DNA of 64,000 nt from a virus. The notes beneath the pieces were generated by a model that made no database searches, had not been told where the DNA came from, and saw only the letters and a list, made by a program, of their open reading frames with translations. The position numbers and the translations under genes were made by a program. Location of the stretch: the IMG/VR virus record IMGVR_UViG_3300045243_000021, positions 8,003 through 72,002 of that record. The stretch is one strand, 5' to 3'. Positions 19,337 through 28,022 of this stretch are shown one piece after another; position 1 is the first letter of the stretch; each line of letters begins with the position of its first letter.

Positions 19337-19546
19337 GTGATAAGCATTCAAGGCGCAGTCCTCGTTGTTATCTACCTCATCGTGGGTGGATTCATCTTTG
19401 GTTTGTTGTGGTGGCTGGTTGGTTACGTTGGCTTGCCAGAACCGTTCAATAAGTTCGTGCGCGGCGTGCTGGCCATTCTCGCGGTGCTGGTCATCATCGG
19501 CATTCTGCTGACCATGATCGGCGGTGTGCAGATATTCCGGGCATAA
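19337..19546 (+). CDS. small two-TM membrane protein (holin candidate)
   Basis: Two hydrophobic helices separated by LPEPF. Confidence 0.65.
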   Translation: MISIQGAVLVVIYLIVGGFIFGLLWWLVGYVGLPEPFNKFVRGVLAILAVLVIIGILLTMIGGVQIFRA

Positions 19547-19558
19547 GGAGGATCGGCC

Positions 19559-20059
19559 ATGTTCGCCGACGCCGTGACTATCGACCCGATGACGCAATGG
19601 GCAGGCGCGATAACCGCGCTTGCCGTGACCATTGGCCTCATCTCGCAAATTGTGCTCCAGGTGCTCGCCAAGATCGAGGCGGCCAAGAAGGCCAAGGTTG
19701 ATGCCGAAGTAGCACGGCAAGCGAAGGCCGACGCCGAGAAAGCTCAGAACGCCGCGGCATCGGCTGCTCTGGAAGCATTGAAGGCAAAGACACAGGTTGC
19801 GGAAGTCGCTCAGACGCTAAGCGACACGCACTCGGCTACGTCGGACAAGCTGGACGATCTGGCGAAAGTGACGGACACCATCCACACTTTGACGAACAAT
19901 GCGATGGGCGTTCAGTTGCGGTTAAATGCCGACTTGTCGCGGTGGAAGGCCAACGAAACCAAAGATCCGGCCGACGTGAGGGCCGCTGACCTGGCGGCAA
20001 TGTTGTTAAACGAGCACAACGCTAAGCAAGCGACGGCTGACTCGGGAGGCGGCAAGTGA
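19559..20059 (+). CDS. TM plus coiled-coil protein
   Basis: AAGGAGG RBS; N-terminal TM; Ala-rich coiled coil. Confidence 0.6.
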   Translation: MFADAVTIDPMTQWAGAITALAVTIGLISQIVLQVLAKIEAAKKAKVDAEVARQAKADAEKAQNAAASAALEALKAKTQVAEVAQTLSDTHSATSDKLDDLAKVTDTIHTLTNNAMGVQLRLNADLSRWKANETKDPADVRAADLAAMLLNEHNAKQATADSGGGK

Positions 20060-20153
20060 GCTGGGACATCACGCTCGCCTCGAGGTGGGACTACCGCAAG
20101 GCCGCGGCACGGATGCATTCTTTGGACGGCATGTTTGACGATGGGGACGACGT

Positions 20154-20348
20154 ATGAAGTTGTTCCAAATCAACGATGACGACTTAAGCGAACTGGAGAG
20201 GATTCTCCCGCAGCTCGCCCAAGCGGTGATGCCAGTGCTAACGCCATTGCTGCGTACCCGATTGCGACGTTGCCAAAATATCTTGTCTGACGTTCGATGG
20301 AACTACGGACCACCGGAAGAAGTCAGCAGCGTTTCTGAGGACGAATAA
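20154..20348 (+). CDS. hypothetical protein
   Basis: TAATG overlap with the next gene. Confidence 0.5.
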   Translation: MKLFQINDDDLSELERILPQLAQAVMPVLTPLLRTRLRRCQNILSDVRWNYGPPEEVSSVSEDE

Positions 20349-21157
20349 TGCTAGACATCACCCGCAAGTCGCTTCAGATAATTTACTGCGTCGTTACGCT
20401 CTCCGCGTTGCTCTTGCACCAGCCCACGAAGGACGCGGCCAAGGTCGAGGGCCTGGAACTCACGGCCACGCTCAAAGGCGCACCCGTGAAGAGCGGCGAT
20501 GCCTTGCCCTCGTGCAAGCAACTCATCATCGTTGCCAAAACGACGGATGAGAAGGCAGAGGTCAGGTGGCTTGTGTTTGGTGCCACCAGCGACCCGGACT
20601 TCGAGGTATCGGGGCCGACGCTCGTTGTCGTCACGCCGCCGGACGGCGGGCGTATCGACGTCTTCGCGTTGGCGAGCAATGCGGGGAAGCTCACCGAGTT
20701 CGCGACATTCTCAGTTAACGGGAAGGGTTCACCTCCCGTGCCACCGGTCAATCCTCCGGTGAATCCTCCCGTTAACCCCCCTGTCACGCCACCGGTGACA
20801 CCGCCCGTGGGGCCGGTGACGGTCACGCAACCGCTGCACGTCATGATCGTGGACGACCCGAGCACGCGCACGCCCGAGACGGCGGCCATCATCGCCTCGC
20901 AGACGTTCCGGGCGGCTCTCGCTGGTGCTCAGTTCCGCTTGTACGCGGCCAACGATCCAAGCTTGGCGAACGGTGGCATCAGCGTGGTGAGTGGCCAGCT
21001 GACGGCCAAGACTAAGGCCGGCGCGGTTGTGGGACAAGCGACGATACCGGCGCTCATCGCCGTGGACGCGAAGGGCGTGCTGCACTTGTGTAAGTCGTTG
21101 CCGCGAACGGAAGCGGAAGCCATCCAAATGCTCAAGCCGCTGCTGGGGGGGAAGTGA
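20348..21157 (+). CDS. secreted protein with (PPVN/PPVT)n linker
   Basis: N-terminal hydrophobic segment; Pro-rich repeat at ~20730-20815; coupled to the peptidase gene. Confidence 0.7.
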   Translation: MLDITRKSLQIIYCVVTLSALLLHQPTKDAAKVEGLELTATLKGAPVKSGDALPSCKQLIIVAKTTDEKAEVRWLVFGATSDPDFEVSGPTLVVVTPPDGGRIDVFALASNAGKLTEFATFSVNGKGSPPVPPVNPPVNPPVNPPVTPPVTPPVGPVTVTQPLHVMIVDDPSTRTPETAAIIASQTFRAALAGAQFRLYAANDPSLANGGISVVSGQLTAKTKAGAVVGQATIPALIAVDAKGVLHLCKSLPRTEAEAIQMLKPLLGGK

Positions 21158-23136
21158 AGATGCCTGACATCAAAGTCTTTAACGACGCGAATGGTACGCG
21201 GCTTATCGAGGCCAAGGGCCAACCACCGCGGGCCATGGGCTGCTGGGCACCCAAGCCGCATTGCGCCTTGCCGGGCATCGAACAACTCGCCGCTGGCATC
21301 CTGCCGCAAAGCCAGTGGCAAGAACTAACTTTGGGGCAATTTGCCTGCGAAGTTCAAGACCAAGGTCAGACCAGCAGTTGCTTCCCGGCTGGAACGCATA
21401 TCCGAATGGAGGACGGCTCCGAACGCAAGATCGAAGACGTTCGGTTGCTGGATAAGGTTCTGACGGCTGAAGGGAACATCGGGACCGTCACGCGGCTGAT
21501 GGTTCGCCATGAGCCAAACGCCTTGCTGCGTCTTTGCCTTTGGGGACATCGGCATCTACGCATGACGGCAGAGCATCCAGTTCTGACGAAGCGTGGTTAC
21601 GTTCCTGCCTGCGAACTGAGAGTAAGCAAAGCCAGATGGCACGGTGGCGAAGAATGTGATTGGGTGGCTATGCCGCGATATGCGCCACAGCTAAGGACAA
21701 GCATTCACGTTGACGATCACGTTGATACGTATCGGACGTTTATTCGTCGCGAGCGCGTGAGCAAAATTCATAGCGTATCGTCGCGTGGAACGGTGCTAAT
21801 CACTAAATATCCATTGCCAGATTTCTTCACGCTCACGCCGGGTGTTGGCAGAATCTTTGGCCTGTTCCTGGCTGAAGGAAGCACAACGTCAACGTATGTC
21901 ATGTGGACATTCAACATCAAAGAGAAAGAAACGCTTGCCGCCGAATTGATCGACTTACTGAAAGCCGAGTTCGGCATCGAAGGAAGACTTCGGACGCGGC
22001 CAAACAATACCTGCAACGTACAGGTTCACGGCACCGGATGGGCAAGATTGTTTGAGGCATTGTTTAAGACCGGTGCCGGACGCAAGCGTATTCCGTCAGA
22101 CATTGCTTCTGGACCAAAGGATTTCTTGGAAGCGCTTTTCACCGGATGGCTTGATGGTGATGGACATGCCAGGCGCAATGGTATTGGTGGCGTTAGCATC
22201 TCCCGCGATCTCGCTCTAGGGATGTTCGACATCGCCCACGCGCTGGGCAAGCTTCCGGCAATCAGTCGCAGGGAAGGCAAGCCGAACAAAGGCGCGCTGG
22301 TTCGTCAAGCAAGTTGGGAAGTTCATTGCCAGAATGATCCGCCCGAAAAGGTGTTCCGTTCTCAACAGGACGACAAGCACGTCTGGCGGCGAATGGCTGG
22401 TATCGAAATGGAGGAGTTTTCTGGGCCGGTTTACAACATGGAAGTCGAAGGCGACAACAGCTACGTCGCGGAAGGAATCGGCGTCCATAACTGCACCGGC
22501 TTCGGGACGCGGACGCTCATGCGGCGATTCCGGTTGCTCTCCGGGCAAACCATGCCACCCACGGATTTTAGCCCGTGGGGGATTTATGAGATGGTGAACC
22601 ATGGAGCCGATGGCGGGGCCGATCCGGAAGAGGTCATGACGGCCTTGATCAAACGTGGGTGCCCGCTGATGGGTAGTCTCACGACTGGCGGCGTGCCTGA
22701 CAAGCTGTTCTTGGCTCCGTCCATCGACGGCCAAAAAGCGGTATGGGACACGGCTGCCCGGTACAAGCTGGCGCAAGCCTATTCGTTCCGCACGTGGGAC
22801 GGACTTTGCACGGCCTTGACGCTCGGCAAGAACTGCGGACTTGGCATCCCCGTGCGAAGTGACTTCATGCACGGGAAATTAGACGACGAAGGTGTGGTGC
22901 CGTGGACGGGTCAGATGCTCGGTTGGCACTGGGTTGAGGTACATTCATTAGAAAAGTCCAAGAAATACGGCTGGAAAGCACGCATGCAAAATCAATGGGG
23001 CATGTGGGGCGACAAGGGCTTCGCTTACATCGTAGAACAGCACCTTGATCCGACAATGAGTCTTGGATTCGCGCCCGAGGCGCAAGTGGACGACCCGAAC
23101 GTGGACACGAGCGATTTCCCGGCGGTCACGGGGTAG
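21154..23136 (+). CDS. papain-like (C1) cysteine peptidase containing an intein
   Basis: Spliced sequence QDQGQTSS|CTGFG gives the papain catalytic Cys motif; GWHWV (His) and QNQWG (Asn). Confidence 0.85.
   Translation: MKMPDIKVFNDANGTRLIEAKGQPPRAMGCWAPKPHCALPGIEQLAAGILPQSQWQELTLGQFACEVQDQGQTSSCFPAGTHIRMEDGSERKIEDVRLLDKVLTAEGNIGTVTRLMVRHEPNALLRLCLWGHRHLRMTAEHPVLTKRGYVPACELRVSKARWHGGEECDWVAMPRYAPQLRTSIHVDDHVDTYRTFIRRERVSKIHSVSSRGTVLITKYPLPDFFTLTPGVGRIFGLFLAEGSTTSTYVMWTFNIKEKETLAAELIDLLKAEFGIEGRLRTRPNNTCNVQVHGTGWARLFEALFKTGAGRKRIPSDIASGPKDFLEALFTGWLDGDGHARRNGIGGVSISRDLALGMFDIAHALGKLPAISRREGKPNKGALVRQASWEVHCQNDPPEKVFRSQQDDKHVWRRMAGIEMEEFSGPVYNMEVEGDNSYVAEGIGVHNCTGFGTRTLMRRFRLLSGQTMPPTDFSPWGIYEMVNHGADGGADPEEVMTALIKRGCPLMGSLTTGGVPDKLFLAPSIDGQKAVWDTAARYKLAQAYSFRTWDGLCTALTLGKNCGLGIPVRSDFMHGKLDDEGVVPWTGQMLGWHWVEVHSLEKSKKYGWKARMQNQWGMWGDKGFAYIVEQHLDPTMSLGFAPEAQVDDPNVDTSDFPAVTG
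21379..22491 (+). mobile_element. intein with LAGLIDADG homing endonuclease (371 aa)
   Basis: Starts CFPAGT, block B TAEHP, GLFLAEGS and GWLDGDG motifs, ends GIGVHN followed by Cys. Confidence 0.93.
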
Positions 23137-23147
23137 AGAACCAGAGC

Positions 23148-24740
23148 ATGAAACTGGCAGCAGCGGTCGCATTGATGATGATTGGCATGGCAGCAATGAG
23201 TCCGGTAAAAAAGGCGACGTTCAAACCTGAGATGGTGCAGGAACAATTGCCCATCTTGAACGGCTACGAATGCCTGCGGCTGGCCAATCTCGACCTGCAC
23301 ACGCTGCCACCCAAACGCCAGCGATACGCGCGTTATTTGACCGCTGGACACGAGCCGTTGGCGGCCGAGCGGCTGAAGCTGTACCAGGGCGTGAACTGGC
23401 TGATCCATCACTTGACGTTCAAGCTTGGCTTCTATCCTCCCTTCGTCGTGGAGAACTCGAATGGCACGGTGTTCAGGATTCTACTGGATGATTACAACAT
23501 TGACCCCAAGGCGTGGGACAGCCTTGCTGAAAATGGGAGTGGCCCAGTCGCCGAAGCCAAAACTCCCGACGGCTATTACCACTTGTACGCCGAACAAGCC
23601 ATCTATAAAGACGTTGAAAAAGAAATCGACTGTCCGCCGTACCAACACGAAGGCAAGACGTACACCCGCAAAAGGGTCACGGAAAAGGTCTTTGACAAGC
23701 GGGTGACGCAGTTCATAAGCCTGCCAAGTTTGGCGGTAGATGGTGGGGCGCTCATTGCGGACACGATCCAATGCACGGGCAGCAAGAGCCCGATCCTGCG
23801 GACGGATTGGTTTATCTATTGGGCGAGCCAGGCTCCGGCGTACTACGACTTTTTGGGGTTGGGCAAGACGCTAAAGGACATTGAAGAGCAGGCGGGGGTG
23901 GACGTGAAGAAGGCGGAAGCGAAGGGGGCAGCGGTTTATGCGATTGTTTTGGATTCCAACGTCGCTTTTCACAATCGCCAGCTTCGCGGCTACCGTGTCG
24001 TCGTTGGACCTAACGGCGGGTGGTTCTGGATTTCGGACGACGTTCTTGCTTCAACCAACCAGCGTGACTTCCTGGGCAATCTGCTGAACGTCAACCCCGA
24101 CGCGCACGAGATTATCTTTTCCCTCCCCAACGGCCTACAGGCCTACGCCATCACCGACGGACAAGGAAAGCGGCTGGACGTTGTGAACAGTGAAATAGCG
24201 TTGGACCGCGAGACGAAGCTGCGGGACAAGAACCTTGGCATCCGGAACTGCATGCTCTGTCATCTCGCCGGCATGAGAGACATCAACGACGAGGTGCGGG
24301 CGCTGGGCAAACTTACGGTGAATCTGCCGGAAGACGGCGTACTGGCTGGCCGGATTCGGGACTTGTTTTTCGCCGTCGATGTCGGCCAGGTCACGAAGCG
24401 GGACTCTGAGGCGTTCCGTTTGGCCAGCATGGCCGGCACCGGCATCGAGGCGGCTGCGAATGGGAGCAACTTGGAAGCGATATTCCGCCGCTATTGGGAT
24501 GAGCCCGTGACGTTGGAACGCTTGGCCAACGAGGTTGGCTGTGAGCCGGATCGTCTCCAGGCGGCGGTGCAACGCCCTGCCGCGGTGGGAAGCCAACTCG
24601 GGACCAGCAACGTGGAAATCCAGCTCGACGGGCTCACGCGGACTCAGTCGCGGCCCATGCAACGCTCGCAGGTCGAGAAAGCCTTCGCGAATGCATCTCT
24701 GCTAGTGACGCAGGGTGTGCCGATAAGGGGGAACAAATGA
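23148..24740 (+). CDS. secreted protein with single CXXCH heme-binding motif
   Basis: Signal peptide; 'EIIFSLPNGLQAY' and NCMLCH. Confidence 0.7.
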   Translation: MKLAAAVALMMIGMAAMSPVKKATFKPEMVQEQLPILNGYECLRLANLDLHTLPPKRQRYARYLTAGHEPLAAERLKLYQGVNWLIHHLTFKLGFYPPFVVENSNGTVFRILLDDYNIDPKAWDSLAENGSGPVAEAKTPDGYYHLYAEQAIYKDVEKEIDCPPYQHEGKTYTRKRVTEKVFDKRVTQFISLPSLAVDGGALIADTIQCTGSKSPILRTDWFIYWASQAPAYYDFLGLGKTLKDIEEQAGVDVKKAEAKGAAVYAIVLDSNVAFHNRQLRGYRVVVGPNGGWFWISDDVLASTNQRDFLGNLLNVNPDAHEIIFSLPNGLQAYAITDGQGKRLDVVNSEIALDRETKLRDKNLGIRNCMLCHLAGMRDINDEVRALGKLTVNLPEDGVLAGRIRDLFFAVDVGQVTKRDSEAFRLASMAGTGIEAAANGSNLEAIFRRYWDEPVTLERLANEVGCEPDRLQAAVQRPAAVGSQLGTSNVEIQLDGLTRTQSRPMQRSQVEKAFANASLLVTQGVPIRGNK

Positions 24741-25453
24741 GGCCAGCCTTGGCATTGTTCGTCTTGTGCGTGCTGACTGTCTCCGTCGAGGCACAGTGCC
24801 GCACCGTCTACTCATCGCCGACTTATGCCGGGGCGTGCCAGCAATGTGCTCCTCCTCGCGCCTATGCTGCATCCCCGGCGTACTATCACGAGTCGTACGC
24901 GCCGTTCACCTTTGAATTCCGCCCGATCTACGCGCCGGTTTTGGCTCTGCCTGGCTTAAACAATTTGCTGCCGAACTATTACAGCTACCCGCAAGCACCA
25001 GCTGGAATGGCCGGATTGGTTGGAACTGGGCTTCTCTATGACGAGAGGACCGGCAATCTCAGTGGCATCATGAATCAGCAAGGCCAACTGGTGGCTGCGT
25101 TCGACTCCAGGAATCCCGTCCAGGCTGGATCGTTTCCGGCCATTACCGGGGCCGGCGATGGTAGTTCACAACTCCTGACCGCCGGTCCTGGTTTATCCAA
25201 CGAGCCACAGAAGCCCACGCGGGCGCAGGTGCAGGCGTTGATCGGTGCGAGATGCGCCGCTTGTCACTCTGGAATTGGCAAGGACGGCGTTCACTTCTTT
25301 AACCCCGTTGGCGTCTGGAATCCAAACGTGGATCGCAACGACGTGCTCAGGGTGACGACTGGGGCGCGGCGCAAAATGCCACCGGATGGCGCGTTACCTA
25401 TTACGGAACAGAATCTGATCGCGGCGTGGGCTGCGTATGGAACGAGTGATTGA
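24737..25453 (+). CDS. secreted c-type cytochrome domain protein
   Basis: Signal peptide; RCAACH with distal KMPP and 'LIAAW' C-terminal helix. Confidence 0.75.
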   Translation: MRPALALFVLCVLTVSVEAQCRTVYSSPTYAGACQQCAPPRAYAASPAYYHESYAPFTFEFRPIYAPVLALPGLNNLLPNYYSYPQAPAGMAGLVGTGLLYDERTGNLSGIMNQQGQLVAAFDSRNPVQAGSFPAITGAGDGSSQLLTAGPGLSNEPQKPTRAQVQALIGARCAACHSGIGKDGVHFFNPVGVWNPNVDRNDVLRVTTGARRKMPPDGALPITEQNLIAAWAAYGTSD

Positions 25454-25577
25454 TGTACTGGGTGAATGTCATTCGAGGTTGACACCAGGAAAATGGCGTT
25501 CACCGGTTGGCGGGCGAGGCATCCATGAGTTGCTGTTGACCCCGCCATCTTTGGGACACTTTTGAAGGAGGTTCATC

Positions 25578-26198
25578 ATGAAGAAGTTCGCACTAGCTCT
25601 TGTTGCCGCACTGGCCTTTGTCGGGCTGGCGCAGGCAGGGCATGGTTTTGCTGTTGGCACCTGTCACGTTGGCGTTGGCTACGGCACCTGCGGCACCGGG
25701 CTCGGCTACGGCGTGGGCTATGGAGCTGGCTACGGCTATCCGGTGCAGATCGGGCTGCCGGTGTACAGCTTGGGCTACCCGCTGACCGGCTACAGTTTGC
25801 CGGGCTACGGTTACAACCTGGGCTATGGGGCTGGTTACGGTTACGGATACGGCCAAAATTACGGGGCCAATTATGGTACGCCGCAGAGCACGACCACGAC
25901 CGTGACGACCACAAGCTACGCGCCGCCGGCGCAGGCGAGTTATCAGGCACCGCAATACCAAGCTCCGGCACCGCAATACCAGGCACCGGCCCCAACGTAC
26001 TCGCTGCCACCGCCCATTTACTCCGCGCCTAACTATCTGTTGGCTTTCGCGGCTCCGCCGATCTACTACGCGGCAAACACTTGCAACTGCTACGGGTTCG
26101 CGCGGCCGTTCGGCGTGGGTTATGGAACCTGCGGCAATAACGCTCTGGTTGGCTTCAACCGTGGATTCAATGGTGCGGTGGGATTCCGCCGTCGGTAA
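25578..26198 (+). CDS. secreted Gly/Tyr-rich low-complexity protein
   Basis: AAGGAGG RBS; signal peptide ending AQA; GYG and QAPQY repeats. Confidence 0.7.
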   Translation: MKKFALALVAALAFVGLAQAGHGFAVGTCHVGVGYGTCGTGLGYGVGYGAGYGYPVQIGLPVYSLGYPLTGYSLPGYGYNLGYGAGYGYGYGQNYGANYGTPQSTTTTVTTTSYAPPAQASYQAPQYQAPAPQYQAPAPTYSLPPPIYSAPNYLLAFAAPPIYYAANTCNCYGFARPFGVGYGTCGNNALVGFNRGFNGAVGFRRR

Positions 26199-26278
26199 AC
26201 GCTACCTGGGAACGGTGGGCTCTGGACGGTCACAAGCAAGGCGGCCCAGGGCTCACCACTTTTGATTAGGAGATAGCG

Positions 26279-26503
26279 ATGGACGACAAACTGAAGGCCA
26301 AGTTCGCGGCGGCCAGCATCGACGTTGATCAGGTGATTACCGTTATCACCAGCTTCAACTGGCTGGAGTTCTTCGCGTTCATCAAGCAGCTGGTGGCGCT
26401 GTTCAAAGGCACGCCAGCAGCATCGCGGACGTTTGCAGTGGCGACGGATGCAGCGGACGCCAAGGAAGCGGCTTTGCTCGAAATCGAAAAGTGCGGGACG
26501 TAA
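26279..26503 (+). CDS. hypothetical protein
   Basis: AGGAG RBS. Confidence 0.6.
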   Translation: MDDKLKAKFAAASIDVDQVITVITSFNWLEFFAFIKQLVALFKGTPAASRTFAVATDAADAKEAALLEIEKCGT

Positions 26504-26515
26504 GGGAGGTGGATT

Positions 26516-26947
26516 ATGCAGCGTCGATACCGTGATATTGTGATACCGCACGTGGCTCTCCTGATCCTCACCTTCGCCGTTATCGGCATGGTCTGCATGT
26601 TTAATGAGCTAACAGCCCAACAGCCACCACGCCAAGGCCCGCCGCCAGTTCAGCAACAGCAAGGGCGCGTGGTGCTGCACAACCGGGACGCTTTGCAGAA
26701 GCCAGCGCAGCCCATGCCCAAGCCGCCGGGCAACCAGCCCAACGCTCCGCAGCGGGAAGGATTTCATCTTGGTTGGCATGGGGATTATCACCGCTGGTTC
26801 TACGTGCCGAACACGGTAGTGCTTCTACCGGGCAACGTCATTCCGGCGACGTACCAGCTACCGGTGGAGGTGGCGTATTACGAGCAGGGCGTGGCAACTT
26901 GCAGGTGTCCGCATTGCGGCTGGGAACTAGAACTCGTTGCCAAGTAG
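26516..26947 (+). CDS. membrane-anchored protein with CPHC motif
   Basis: GGAGG RBS; TM; Q/P-rich linker; CRCPHC. Confidence 0.6.
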   Translation: MQRRYRDIVIPHVALLILTFAVIGMVCMFNELTAQQPPRQGPPPVQQQQGRVVLHNRDALQKPAQPMPKPPGNQPNAPQREGFHLGWHGDYHRWFYVPNTVVLLPGNVIPATYQLPVEVAYYEQGVATCRCPHCGWELELVAK

Positions 26948-26956
26948 GAGGCAGCT

Positions 26957-27178
26957 GTGTCCCTAGTACAGGAACTGAGTGCGTTGCGTGCGGCAATCGA
27001 CGCCAACACCGTTGAGGTGAAGAAGCTCAGCGTGGCTGGACTTCCCGAGTCGGTGGCCGCGCTCAACGTTAACGTGACCGAATTAAACGCCAACATCAAG
27101 AAGCTGATTGAGACACTGAACGACCCAATCGAAGGGTTGGATGCCGAACTTGATAAACCGACCACTCACAACCCATGA
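26957..27178 (+). CDS. small coiled-coil protein
   Basis: GGAGG RBS; C-terminus resembles that of the next gene. Confidence 0.6.
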   Translation: MSLVQELSALRAAIDANTVEVKKLSVAGLPESVAALNVNVTELNANIKKLIETLNDPIEGLDAELDKPTTHNP

Positions 27179-27202
27179 TTTTCGCCCCAAAAGGAGATTC
27201 GC

Positions 27203-27619
27203 ATGAAGGCAGGAACTCTCAACATCGTGAAAAAGGTAAGCTTTGCAGCGGCCAGCGTGGCGAAAGCCACCAAGGCCGACTTCAAAGCAGGCACGCCGGT
27301 TCCGTTCGACATCATGGACAACGGGGACCAGTCTTACACGCTGTTCGGTCGCTCAGCGGCTGGCAATCGTGTGGACATCACCGGCTTGGTCACGGTCACG
27401 GCCGTAAGCGACAACACCGCGGCGTTGACGGTCGATCCGCCGACTGGCCCGAAAGTCCAGACGCACGCCATCGGCCCGGTGGGCACGGCGAACGTCGCCA
27501 ACGTAGTGACGTGGAATGACGGCAGCGTGGGGCCGTTCAGTATCGACCTCGTTGCCACCATCAAGGCGGGTGCCGCGACCGGTTTGGATGTGGTGTTCGA
27601 TCAGCCAACCACACATTGA
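27203..27619 (+). CDS. Ig-like beta-rich protein
   Basis: AAGGAG RBS; alternating beta-strand pattern. Confidence 0.55.
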   Translation: MKAGTLNIVKKVSFAAASVAKATKADFKAGTPVPFDIMDNGDQSYTLFGRSAAGNRVDITGLVTVTAVSDNTAALTVDPPTGPKVQTHAIGPVGTANVANVVTWNDGSVGPFSIDLVATIKAGAATGLDVVFDQPTTH

Positions 27620-27739
27620 ACTGATGCCACCCTTGGCTTGTGGCCCAGCGTCGAGGTTGGCTTTTATTGAACCTTGGAAGAGGGGACGCCTCCGGTGTGT
27701 TGCGACCGCGCCGCCGGGGGCGGACTTTTAGGAGAAGAG

Positions 27740-28021
27740 ATGGCTCAACAAACTCTACACGTCGTTGGCGGGACTCTAATAGTCGAGACCGTCGGCCTCA
27801 CGTTCCAGTGGGCCACGTTCCCGATTCTGAAACCTAACGTCGCGATGGCTCCGACCCCAATCGGGACGCCGGGTGGTGGCATCGGCCCGTACACGTACGC
27901 CAACCCCGTCGGGTTCCCACCGGGCCTGTCGCTCTCGCCGGCCGGAGTACTCAGCGGGACGCCGACGACGGTGGGCGCGTACACGAACATGGGCTTCGAT
28001 CTGGGCGACGGGACGCCATAG
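27740..28021 (+). CDS. putative Ig (He_PIG-like) domain protein
   Basis: GGIGPYTY...FPPGLSLSPAGVLSGTPT. Confidence 0.75.
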   Translation: MAQQTLHVVGGTLIVETVGLTFQWATFPILKPNVAMAPTPIGTPGGGIGPYTYANPVGFPPGLSLSPAGVLSGTPTTVGAYTNMGFDLGDGTP

Positions 28022-28022
28022 C

